Shown here one piece after another: positions 23,900 through 36,089 of a stretch of DNA of 64,000 bases. A program made the translations under genes and the position numbers. Within the stretch, counting starts at the first letter, position 1; every line of letters starts with the position of its first letter. Origin of the DNA: Iphione sp. A-MEVVRFRX5 (Eukaryota). The notes under the pieces are model-generated. The model was not told the DNA's origin and searched no databases. It worked only from the letters and a program-made list of their open reading frames with translations. The stretch lies in NCBI GenBank assembly GCA_976226885.1, contig OZ320317.1:75206001-75270000 (forward strand), read 5' to 3'.

Positions 23900-24960
23900 T
23901 TTTAAATTCACCAGGAATTGTTCTCATTATGGATATTGTTCGTCCTCTATTGTGTTACTTTCTCTCAGAATGTTTCTGGTTGTCCCCCTCTGTTCATCGT
24001 CAAACATCTTCAGCCTGAGGTTGAAGGTGGCTTCAACAGGCGTAGACATCACTGGTGGATTTTCTGCCATTCTACCTCTAGGTTTAGATGTTGCCTGGTG
24101 AGTTGGCGTTAAAATTGTCTTTTTCATACTTCGGGCTGTAGCCATACAGATCTTAAATTTGTTTTGATTTTGGGTGGTGTTGCCTTGTAGTTATCTCACC
24201 TGTCTTTTGTGTTGGCTCTGGCGGTTGTAGGGAATCAAAGATTTTATGTTTCTTTTGCCAAGAAGCAAATTATTAATTTCTTATAGCACTAGACTCGTGG
24301 CTGCTATATCTATATCATCTAAACTGGCATTATACAAGCATGTTCAGTAAGGTAGCCTTGCCACTGTGTCCTATTATATTTCTCCCTTCAATATGCATGC
24401 CTGATTCGATGTGCATAATGGGCAAATACTTTTCCAAGGTGTGCTGTCATACTAGTTGCATACTGAAGGACTTTTTCCCAAACAAATTTGGCATGAAGTA
24501 CCTGTAAAATCTTCCCAACTCTCAGAAATATTTAGATATTAATTCTAGAAAGCAACAGTACATCTGGGATGTCCTGGCTTTGTATAATGTCTAACATATC
24601 TTGGTTGTGATGTATATCCCAATGCTCCTATTATGTTTTTTTGCAAGCCTCCCATGGTATGTGATAAACTCCCCATGGGAATCGTCTTCCCCAAACGTGA
24701 ACTGATTTGCCTTTAACATCAAGTTCTCATCCTCAGCACACAGACTGAAAAGTGTACAATTATAAAAAATACACCCATAGAATAGTCCTTTCATTGTACT
24801 ATTACATATGATTCCACTATGCAGAAATTGTGCCTCGTCTCCTGGTGTTATGACATCTGCCCTTTGAATATGCACATCAAGTTCTTCCATGATCAACCCT
24901 TCTCGCCTGGTGTTCAGCACACCTCAGAACATCTCGAAGTATGGGTCATTCTTTTTAGCA
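23900..24960 (-). mobile_element. Heavily decayed Penelope-like retroelement (RT C-terminal part, Cys linker, GIY-YIG remnant)
   Basis: Hand translation across stops and frameshifts, in PLE order: IPMG (24671-24682), CPLCTSNQACILKGE (24380-24424), QGNTTQ (about 24170-24186), RNILRESNTI (about 23950-23980). A hammerhead-like pLTR motif lies at 25437. Confidence 0.5.
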
Positions 24961-25436
24961 AACAGAAGTCAGTATTCCCAAATACATCTTGGATATTTAA
25001 CTGTAGATCAGCCACAATATTTGTCAAGGAGCCTGAAAAATATTAAAATATCTATTTATTTTTGTACAATATGGCAATATCGTTGGTTTTTATATTTCTA
25101 CACTTTTACTTTACCAGGTGGTAATCTATCATTCCAGGACAACTGTGATTAATTGATTGTGATTTTCATCTGTGATACTCCAAGAATGTTCTTTACAGTT
25201 TACGAGTTGATGGCTTAGTAATTTAATCAATTATATACCATGATTCCAGAGATGGACGTTTTTTCAAATAGAACGTTTATTATCACTTTAATTTACATGT
25301 CTGAGCATGACTGTACATTGTAATAACCAAGGTCTTCAGCCACAAGCAATGAATCAATATTAGACTGATTATGGTAACTTAAGCCACTAACCGGCCAAAA
25401 ATGGTACTTCAGGTTTATCATATCTCACTGTATTTA

Positions 25437-25472
25437 CCCATGATGAAGGCAGTTTTTTGCCGAAATGTTGGG
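25437..25472 (+). ncRNA. Degenerate minimal type I hammerhead ribozyme motif (Penelope pLTR type)
   Basis: CCC-ATGATGA-A-GGCA-GTTTTT-TGCC-GAAA-TGTT-GGG then AATAAA (25479-25484): stem I CCC/GGG, stem II GGCA/TGCC; core differs from CUGANGA at C3. Confidence 0.6.
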
Positions 25473-26578
25473 AATTGTAATAAAACAGTCTGAAACCTGA
25501 CCTCCTGTGTTGTGTTGGTGTGTTCTTCACACATATAGCAATCTATCTTATCGTCAGCTCCATAATTGGATACGTCAGCCAGTAATCAAGCAAATAAAGA
25601 TCTGTGTGGTCCAGAAATGGTGCTGGTGAGTTGATGTCCCCCTTACTGTCTTTGTGCCTATTTTGCCACTTTCACCATTCATGGTAGAGTGGATGATGAG
25701 TGTTGGTGGGAATTCGACTTTGTATGCATATTTGTAGCTGCACTGCTAACTGGATGGTTTTGAAATGCTTCTTTTCTTGGTCATCTGGTGAGGAATTGTC
25801 CCCTGTCACTGCCATTGTTTGATTCTAGTTCTTGGCAATTTATTCAAAGAGAAGCTTTCGTTGTTCCACATTGCTCTCCCTTTAACAGGCAGTCACCAAA
25901 AAAATGAACAATAAAGATAATGTAGAGGTGATAGTGTCCCATCCTTTGCAGTTGTAGACTGCACTCTGTGACATGACAGTATGAGGGGCCCAATCAATAT
26001 TGTAAAGGGCCTGACCAGTAAGAAAGAGGGCCCAGCCATTTAGGAAGGGGGCCCTGCCGCTTGGGAAGGAAGCCCAACCACTTTGTAAAGGGGGCCCAAG
26101 TGATGTGCCTTGTGCCCTGGGCAGCTACTACTTTGTAACTACATACTTCAGAGAATAATTGGAGGAAGGCACAGACAAGAGTAATACTCTGATCTGTCAC
26201 ATGACACTTGTGTCTGCTATAAATATGGATTCTGTTTAGCAAATAAATCAGTCTGCACTTGGAACTACCACATGAAACTTGTCTCTTTGGGGATGCTTAA
26301 GAACACATACCCAATTGGAACTACATTAAGGGCTGGCAGTTGGAGTAACCATAAGGAGTGAACAAGTGGAATTACTAAGTCAGGATTATAGTTACCATAG
26401 GTAGATTCCATCAAGTGGGATTATTAACACACATTAATTACAATAATAATGCCTATTCATCTATGTCGAGTATTAAAAAGACCACATTTCTGTTATTATG
26501 GCTGCCACCAAGGCATTATCATCTTCATTTCCTGAAATTGCTTGGGGTTGTAAGCTGTTTTGCCTGTCCTCTCCCACT

Positions 26579-26600
26579 GTATATATATATATATATATAT
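26579..26600. repeat. (TA)11 microsatellite
   Basis: Directly visible. Confidence 0.93.
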
Positions 26601-29600
26601 GAAATACATGTAGAGTGGAACCACTATTTCAGATCATACCGATTTCCAACCAAATCTGATATTGTGACCATTTAAAGTGGGAACAGAGATACTGTCTATA
26701 CTTAATCAAAATGCAAAGTGAACAATTTCCAACCAAATCGATATCCAACTGGTCGCACCTCCAGACACACATGCTAGGATCATATCTATTGTATTTTAAT
26801 ACCTATTTGCAACCAGAGGTACAAGGGAAACCACTCCTTCCCTACAGAAGAGAATGTCTGAAGAGATACTCATTGTATAAGTTTTATCAGTGGTGTTAGT
26901 ACAACAAGTCCTCCCTTTTTGGTATTAGCATGACCTCTCGGAGCCCTCTACACCTCCCTAACATCCCCCTAACACCTCCAAGCATACATACTTTAAAGGG
27001 TGCTTACTCATCAAATTTAGCACTTTTTTGACTTTGACTTGTCAAATTAAGCACTTTTCGGTCATTTTTTTAGCATTTAATTTGACTGGAAAACAGGTAT
27101 CCAGTTCTTGGTGCATTACTCTATTTACTTGGTAGAGACAGAGGGAGAAAGGGAGTTGATATGCAGGGTTGATCCTTCCCAAAATCGATTTCTGACCATT
27201 TTCTCTATTCCGACCAATTTAGCTTGGACTGGGGAAGTGGTTTGAAATAGCGTTTTAACTATACATCTAAAATATGTTGCTTTAGGGTCGATGCTATGCA
27301 GATTTATTATTTGCTAAAGGTTTGGTAACAGCTAGGTGATATACATGTACTTTGCTCAGATGACCTTCCAGCAGTTATCAGATGACTATCAAAAGGTGCA
27401 ATAACTGAAGTAATTGACTCATCCCCATACTGTCATGCAGCCATACCCACCCAGCACATGACATGATAGTCCTACTTTTTCTATGGTGCCACACAATGTT
27501 CAAAATAAAACAAAAATTTTCTAGTTTCCATGTGAGTGTACTGCATTTTCTTATATACTTCGAAAATAAATATAGATGCATCACCATGTTCTCAATTGAT
27601 ATTGTAAAGGCCACGTTAGCCTTTTATGATAGTCTGGCCAGAACAGAATTCAAGAGGAGGCTTTAAATATAGGGGTCACTGGGTGCTTAACATCCTTGCA
27701 TGCACACAACACCTCCAGGTTAAGATTTCTACTGCACCCAGCACCTTGGTGTGCACAGTTGCATCCTTATGGTAGAGCCAACATTGCACACACTTTCATG
27801 ACATCATGAAGTGATATGATTGAATAAGAGCAGATCACTCCACCCCCCTTATTTGGAGGAGGGAACCCTATTGGTCAGATAATATTCTAAAGGCTGTTAC
27901 TTTGTATCTTTGGTAGAATGCACACTGTTACTGGCTGAGATAGTTCTGGCTGAATGATACAGAGTTATAAACTGTTGAATTGGCTAACTGGAGAGTCAAG
28001 GCCTCTGATTGGTGGGATTCTGCTGGAAGATTATACAGGAGACTGGCTTGAAAGGAAATAGATTATTTGCGACTGGCTGCAACTTGTTCATATCTTTATT
28101 GCACAATGCAATTTACAATATACATCCATACATTGACATACCTTTGACATGTGACAATCATGATTCTAATACTGTCACACATGAGGGACGGTGCTGCTTG
28201 AATGTTGTCTGCATAGATTGGTTATGTGAGTCACATAACAAAATGACATAGCATCATTGACCATGGAAGGCTTTTGATTGACAGTTATTGTGATCATAAA
28301 ACATGTCCTGTCATGCGGCAATGTGTCAATTGTTCTTCAGGTTCAATTTAGAAAATTTTCTAATCATACTGCTATGAGATGCATTTGTATAATTGTTTAC
28401 ACTTATGATGATATTGTGTGAAACAACTTTGAATAAATTGGCAGGAGCATGGCTTCAAACTTCTGAGGATGGCACCTTGAGTCATTGTCTTTGTTTCTGG
28501 GTAGAGTTAGATGACAAATTGTAGTTTGCTTTTAGGAAACCAAAAAGAGTAAATCCTATGAGATACCATAAGCCGGAGTTATACTGGATGTGTATCTGTA
28601 AGGAATAATTGCAAACAGGAGATTTGCACGGTTCAGTTTTTTCAGCCTCAAATTTAACCAGCAAGAGAAAAAGGAAGAAAACGAGTACTGTATGTCCTCA
28701 TTCGGTCATTGGTCATTACCTATAAATGCCTATGGAAGAGAAAGGCCACATAGCAAAGCGATGGAAAGCATGACATAAAAACATAGAATTATATTGATGA
28801 GGCGGAATGAATATAACAGACAGCGGCGGCTGGTAGGGAATTAGAATAGGCTCTATTTACCTTTACCAGACATCCGCAGCTAATGACCATGTGATCTGAA
28901 GTTGAACGTGACAAATATGGTGACAATACAAAGAGATTTTTACTTTTAATAGCAACTGAAATATTCCAATGACAAATGGTACAAATGACATGTGTTCGGT
29001 CATATGACAAGGAAAATACCTGTCATCCTTTTGGGGCTAGAGCAGAGATATAAATCGTACGGCCTGCCCACATTGTGGCATATTGACGGTCTTCTCTCAA
29101 TGCTGAGGTTTCTATATATTACAGCTACACGACAAATAAACGGCAATGTCGGTACATGTACAAGGTAACATTCAATATAATTATACTCTACGAACATGGA
29201 TAACGATGTTTTGCAAATTGAGATCAGAAAAAAAAGAGAATTGCTTCGGTGGCTCAATAGTCGGACATTACACACATAGAAGATATTTGGTAAACAGAAT
29301 ACAAACCGTGATGCATATTTACTACAAGGTCAACCAAATCAGTCAAGTTTGATATAAAATCGAGATCTACTAATATATTCTATCGCCAATTAATCTTACC
29401 TTGGTCTCAAATAATTTTATCAACGTCATTTAAGAAGGTCCTGATTTGTAAATTTCTAAGCACGGACAAATGTTATTATGTATGTAATTACAAAACTTCG
29501 AACATTCAAGTACATTTATCACCATATGGACGCTCATGCGTTGACTCAGTTATGCATTCATTTATTCCTTTACATACATGCCCCTACCGAAACCTCAAAA

Positions 29601-29938
29601 TGATAAAGTCTTGGCTCATTAATGACACATTTGTATTCACTCATTTAATATCTAATCCAGACTTGTTAACATGCATAAGTACATTTGTGTAGCATCATGG
29701 AAGAAAAACCTTTAATACTAGCATAAAAGACATATATACATAAATACTAATTTCACTGCTCAAATTAAATGTTCACATTTAAGTGATTATAGATACGTAG
29801 CACTATAAACAGTCAGTATTGCATAGGTTTAAGATATTGGACATTTAATGCAGAAATTCCAACAATAACATTCAATGTGAGTTGAAAAACATTACGGCAG
29901 GGGAGATCAGATTTATGATAGACATAATGCTTTCTATA

Positions 29939-31087
29939 TTATCTGAATAGGTTTAACTGACACAGCTTCCACAATTTTTCCATGGCTCTGGCATTTACCC
30001 AGTGGATGCTGAAAAATTTGCCTCCAAGGGGACACCTGTGCTCTAGAAGCTCATCCAGTAAGGCACCTTTAAGCAACTCGTCGAAGCCTTCTTCGTTCTT
30101 AACTTCCATCTTGATTTTTATCATGACCATGCCGAACCACGCATCTTCCATGGCAAAGAATGGGACATCCGCACTAGCAGCAACCACTTCGCGAGCCGCA
30201 GGCATTGAATAGAGAAAGGCACTACCAACTGCATAAGGTGGATACAACTCATAGGGGTACTCGTTAAATGAGACATAGAATTTTACATTACGCTGTCGAA
30301 TGACACGCATTTTATCCACTACATGACCCACCTGGACCCTCTGAAGAAAGTTCTTTTCCTTATTTATGTACGTAATGATCGCTGGAAGGTTCAAATAGTT
30401 ATCGTCAGCTGAACGCAATATGAATTTGGCATGTGAACAATACTGGAATGCCCACTTATAAGCTGTGACAACCTTATAGGAGAGGTTATAATATGCATCT
30501 TTGTAATCATGTTGCAAAACATCTCCATATGTCGCGTGTTCTGCATCAATGATGCTTTGCTCTTCCTCGGACCAGCCACTTCCATATAAGAACACATAAC
30601 GTATATTGGCAGTGTTTTCCTTTGAGAAGGTGGCCCATGTTTTTCGAACCATCATCCTGGAAGTAATGCTCCCCGGTATAGTGGTAAGAACAATGAGTAA
30701 GTCTACTATTCGTGTCCCACGATGACATAGGTTTTGGGGATTGATGAGCACATTGAAGTCCATCACATTACATGCATTGCAGGTTAAAGGCCTGAAGAAG
30801 GCAGGGAACTGCCGTGTGGTGAGTACCTTGAGTTGCGCAGCCGCACGCAGAAACTCCTGTGTCTTGTACTCCTTGGCGAGTATATCCATGGCTTGGTACA
30901 GCCTGTGGATAAGACGACTCTCCTTCTCTCCATCTGTGAGGCCAGTCTCATCCAACCCCGTAGGATCATTATGATGCGGAGTCCTAAAGCAGCAGATCGT
31001 GTAGTTTAGAATGACGATCACCAGGAGGAAGCACAGCAGAAGCAATGTCTTCCTCCACCTGCACATCTGGGCGGTGAATGATGCCAT
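29939..31087 (-). CDS. GT31-family beta-1,3-glycosyltransferase, paralog B, 382 aa type II membrane protein
   Basis: TM (LLLLCFLLVIVILNYTICC), RMMVRKTW, YGDVLQHDYKDAYYNLSYK, ADD motif, YPPYAVG, EDAWFG, IHW. Putative acceptor TTTTGAAAAG|G 28 nt upstream of the ATG (exon starts 31115). Possible AATAAA at 29561-29566. Confidence 0.95.
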   Translation of the reverse strand: MASFTAQMCRWRKTLLLLCFLLVIVILNYTICCFRTPHHNDPTGLDETGLTDGEKESRLIHRLYQAMDILAKEYKTQEFLRAAAQLKVLTTRQFPAFFRPLTCNACNVMDFNVLINPQNLCHRGTRIVDLLIVLTTIPGSITSRMMVRKTWATFSKENTANIRYVFLYGSGWSEEEQSIIDAEHATYGDVLQHDYKDAYYNLSYKVVTAYKWAFQYCSHAKFILRSADDNYLNLPAIITYINKEKNFLQRVQVGHVVDKMRVIRQRNVKFYVSFNEYPYELYPPYAVGSAFLYSMPAAREVVAASADVPFFAMEDAWFGMVMIKIKMEVKNEEGFDELLKGALLDELLEHRCPLGGKFFSIHWVNARAMEKLWKLCQLNLFR

Positions 31088-33371
31088 AGCAAGTCATATG
31101 GCTTTCGCTGGTGACCTTTTCAAAACCAAAGACAGATTGATGTCTGAGTAAACTTATTTGTGATCATTACAAGGTAATGAAAGTATATACAAGTCATGTC
31201 CTTTAACAACAGGGAAACCAAAGACACATCACAATCTATCTACAGATTGTCTTTAGATTTAACTGAAAAGAGCAAAGCCACTAAATATCCCTGTCAGCGC
31301 AATCCTGACAGATATGCGTGCAGTTTGAAAGATGATCTGTCTACAGTAGCTATGATAGGGCTTGCTGAATTATCTAGAACTTTAACATGACGTGCACAAA
31401 ATGTTACATGTAGCGTTTTCACTGCAGTGCTTAGGTGCGGCTTTCATGTCAGTGGTGCTGCAGTCAGAATCTAAGAGAGTGAAAATTTCATATGGTGGTT
31501 TGGTGATGTGGTGGTGTGGTTGGCAGACATAAAATGTAACATGATGCAGCTACAATTTTACGATGCAGCGCTGAAGTGCTGAATGATATTTATTATATAT
31601 TACTTGTAATTTTCTAAGTTGAGATTATCATTAAAACCGGACTCAGGTCTCATGTGTGTGTGTTTGATTATGTGAGTGTGCCCCTACCACAGATTGTGAT
31701 GTAAAGCAGATGAGCGTCATACTTTGTTTCATAAAACAATGCAAAATATTTCAAGTGGAGAGAAACATATCGTGGTTCATATTATTTCTTTCATAAATAC
31801 CTTTAAACGATATATGTTGCATGAAAATTGGGATTATTTCCAGTGTATTAATGCAGTGATAAAAGATGGAGAGGGCAAAGTCAGTCAGTCTGCCTGTTGG
31901 TCTGTCTCTGTCTGTCTACCTGTCTACCTGTTTACCTGTCCCTCTCTCTACTGTTGGAGATGATATTGTGTCAATGCACTGATTTTATAACTTTAGATAT
32001 TTAATGCACAACTATGACACTTACATTTCTGAATTTCTCAGTCTCTCAGCTACCGTCAGGATTTTGTTGCATTCAAATCTTGCCATTATTGCCTAACTTC
32101 TGACTTGGAGTTTTGAGCTTTGTGATAAGGAGGCGCAACCATGAAAGAGGAATGGGACTTGGTTTCCTCCTTACAAGATTAGCTCCACTAGTCATGATAA
32201 CAAAATCTTAAAAAAAGGAAACGCTTCTTGAATCAAGGAAATCATTTTTTAGTTAATCCAATGAATTCAAGGGTGTATCTTTCCCCTTTGAAGAAGATCA
32301 CTGATATTATCTTGTGCGTAATCTATGAAGGACCCTTTGAATTTGTTTATCTCTCTATAATTTTGCTTCTATCCTTTTTTCTGTTTTACTTTATTTCCTT
32401 CCTACTCCACATCTTCCTCCTAATTTTTTCATCCTCTTCCCCTGAACTCCCCTTATGTCATTTTCCCCTGTTGTCCTTCCTCAGCTCATCATGCAGGTTG
32501 TGTTGAATCCTGAACATACACATATGCACATACATACAGATACATGCATGCATACATATAAGAAAATATTCACTCACATATTCAAATAATTTATAGATGA
32601 GTGGTTTTGTTATGAAGATGCTATTGACATTCAGTTAAGTTTTACTTGTAGAGGCAAAATTCACTAGAAATATTTTTTCTGAGATAGGAAACATAAGAAA
32701 AACTATTCTGTAATCTTTAATTTAGAAATCAAGGAGTCCTTATCTAGACTTTTTCTTGTTTTAAGTGAAATTAATTTGAAATATCTTAACCCTATGAGGA
32801 CAGATAATGCTTTCGGGCATAATGCCTACAGGCATCTCCAGGCTAGGATGAATTGTGCCATAAGGCATTATGTAAAGTAATATTTTAACCATTGTTCTTA
32901 CCAGAAAAATGTTGAGTATGACATTCACAATTGTCTATTCTATTGAAGTCCAAGCTTATTTTGTAGAAACATAAAGTGAAATATGTTTTTGTCCCCCCAA
33001 CTATCTTCTGTAGATATTCTTCTGCTACAGCCCTGCTTTTGGAACAAATTATTCCCAAACCTGCCGACCTTACTGGGTTAATCAGCCCATCACTTACCGA
33101 AACCTCAAATAACTAAAACAAGGTACTATTTTTTGTGATAAAAATTCTTAAAACAGAAAAGTTTCTTCAAAAAAGAAGTGATTCTTAGCTGTGTATCTAT
33201 CCATTTGCCGGGGACATGTACTATATAATACGAATTTCCTGTTGTTTCAGAGCTACTACAAATGAGAAACAGACTTCCATGCTTAGGATTAGTGTATAGG
33301 ACTAAATACGAGAGTAGGAGTGGGGTGATATAGTTGAAAAGGAAAAATGGCAGCATTTAAATTTGGCTATT

Positions 33372-33412
33372 CTCCCTCTCTCTCTCTTTCTTTCTCTCTC
33401 TATCCCTCTCCT
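33372..33412. repeat. CT-rich microsatellite
   Basis: Imperfect (CT)n, directly visible. Confidence 0.8.
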
Positions 33413-34699
33413 TCGTTAATATACATGTAGTATACTCTTTGGTACATACATTACCTAACAGGCTCAGCAAAGGTTTCCTGAGATCGCTATTACCTGTGGT
33501 CACTTGGCTCCAATACCTGTTTGTATCCGAAGTTGTCACACCTATAAGTCATGAGGCTTATTCCAAATCTTGGATGGAAGCATATTATATAAGTATTTGG
33601 AACAAAGTCATTAGAAAAAGCAAATTGAAATTAGCACGAGATTTAAAATAGCAAAAATAAGATGGAGGATATGGGATACACGCCGTAGAACACTGACAGA
33701 TAGCAGAGATCTACACAATATTTTTGAAACAATATGTTCGCTACATTAGCCTTAAAACTCCTACACAGTTTTTTACAGGGAGATAATGCCAATAGCTGTA
33801 GCCTACCGTCAAGGGAGCATGCTACCAGGTGGTGGCCGCCACGTCAGTAGATTTAATGTCCTAGTATTGACTGTACAGTCTCAGGCCCACTCTCACCTGG
33901 TTCCATGCCCGTCCGTGTCAACTTTGTTAAAAAGTGGACATTGTCGGTCACCTTCCCGCCCCGACGCTGCCATATTGCGCCTCTGCGTCTAACAGATACC
34001 TGTTCGATCATGTTCCTGGAGGGAGCACAACTGCTCAACACCGAGTAGTGCCTGTGTCAATACCCCATGTGTACACAAGCATATATCGATGTAATTGCCG
34101 TCAAGACAACAAGGGAAAACAGTACTTAGAGAGAGAGAGAGCGTTGAATGTTACGTCCCTGGTAAAAGTTATGAAAAAAGGCAGAATTGATACCTGGATT
34201 TTCTGTATAGTCTTCTGGAAACACACGGCCGATAGTACATGGTATATGTTTCCACATAATGTAATCGTCAAGAAAAAAACTCCACCAACTGTCCCATCAA
34301 GGCCTTTGGCACGTCTCCGAGTATAATTGTTTTTAATCTTATTACGATTGTTCGGGCAAGGCATGAAATTGGTATCAGAATTCATGACAAAGTCGGTGTG
34401 GAACAGATTGTACAGTTTTGCAGATGCACAGCGCCTTCCAAATCATGAAATCATTGTGAAACCCAGAAGAAAAGGTAATTAAAAATAAGACAATAAGTCA
34501 ATGTTTATGCTCATGGCATTATAAGCTGTATTTCAAAAGATTTAAAATAGTATATTTTCATCAGACACTTCATGGTTGTCAGGTGTGCAGGTACAGACCA
34601 AAAATATATTGCGATACGTCTGCATGCATCACTCATGCTCCTGCCTCAAGTTTATTTACTATCAGAGACACAGAAATCAATACCAAACCTGTCCAATGT

Positions 34700-35290
34700 G
34701 AGTTAGGTAACACACATCAGGCCTCGTTTCTATATGTGCGTTAGTATCCATATGTGTTAGTGTGCATTGGTGTGTGCTTTTACAGATCATGTTGACTAGT
34801 GTGGGGTGTCACATGCTTCCATGTATGTCAGGCTGCGAGGGGCTGCATTTGTCCAATAATCTAACACACAATTGCATGAACGCAAGGCAATGCTTGGACA
34901 TTTGTTCACATATCGTCACTTCTACACAGATTTACAAACATTTACATACATGTCCACACATATCCATACATTTTTAACTTTTTCCCCATCAATTTCACTG
35001 GTTCTCATACTTCTTTGCCTCAAATATGTCACTTTTCCTACTTTATTCCATCAAATTCTTCATTTTTCCTTGTCATTACTGCTGGTTTTCATACTTTTTG
35101 GTCACTTTTCCTACCCTTTTCCTCATCAAATTAATCTTTATTCATACTTGTCCTCTTTATTTTCACAAGTTTATGGTGCAGCCTCACGAAAGGCCCAAAG
35201 ACACCCCTCTGTGTGAGGCTGACTGAAGCTGTGTGAGGTTGCAAGAAAAGGAGAAACCACCCAAATGTCTCACACAGCCTCATGGACACT
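34700..35290. repeat. Dispersed repeat, copy 2 (related to 13100-13760)
   Basis: Exact 20-mer at 35197-35216 and ATCAAATT-type subrepeats at 34985-35140. Confidence 0.5.
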
Positions 35291-35556
35291 TAGGCCTGTA
35301 ACCTAGCATATTATACAAATGTTTCTGATGATGTTTAGGTGGTGGCAACATCAGCGGTTTCAGCAGGAGGAGCTGGATCTTTAATGCTCATACAACTTTG
35401 GAAATATTGAGTATATTGAAATTTGTTGTGAGATATGCAATATGCAATTTGTGCAATATGTCACCAATCTTAGAGATACAATACAGACGAATGGAGTAGG
35501 AGCGGCTGAGAAAGAATACCGTTTTCATATTCCTGTTTTTAAGTTCAATGTAGGTA

Positions 35557-35733
35557 CAGTGGAGTCTCTATTTCCGACCATCACATGGGACCAAGCTCAA
35601 ATGGTCAGAATAGCAAGAATGGTCAGAAATTGAGTATCAAATGTATAGAAATTAGCCCTTTGGTACCCATCTCAGGTGGTCTCAAATTGAGAATGGTCGG
35701 AAATAGATGTGGTCGGAAATAGAGACTCCACTG
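35557..35733. mobile_element. 177-bp Tigger/pogo MITE
   Basis: Perfect 24-bp TIR CAGTGGAGTCTCTATTTCCGACCA / TGGTCGGAAATAGAGACTCCACTG; TA on both sides. Confidence 0.95.
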
Positions 35734-36057
35734 TATATTAAATAGAGTAGCAAACAAAAAGCATTGCTCTTTAAATTGATATGACAAGGTTATTGCAAAA
35801 TCAGCTATTGTAATATGAGCCTGGCCTGTTGACCAACGGACTATGGTCCAACTAGGAAATAAAGAACTTGTGATACACAAAATATCTGATGAGTGTTTCT
35901 CTCAAAGTGTAGGGGAGTGTGTTTTTTCACCAAATATCAGCCTTATATAGAGTGATGGCTGCATAACAATGTCTATACATAATAACAGGTTGTATAACAA
36001 TTTATATCTTTTAAAGTCACCGTTCCTATTCCAAAACATACTGGAAGAAGTTAATGG

Positions 36058-36089
36058 ACTGGAGCACTGGAGTGCTGGAGTGCTGGAGT
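36058..36089. repeat. 8-bp tandem repeat (CTGGAGTG), about 4 copies
   Basis: Directly visible. Confidence 0.8.

Noticed and set aside
29585-33109. Exact 15-mer TACCGAAACCTCAAA on both sides of GT31 paralog B
   Set aside because: A few 15-mer matches are expected by chance in 64 kb of AT-rich DNA; flanks do not extend.
35886-35910. CTGATGAG..CTC hammerhead-like start
   Set aside because: Lacks the GAAA core and stem I.
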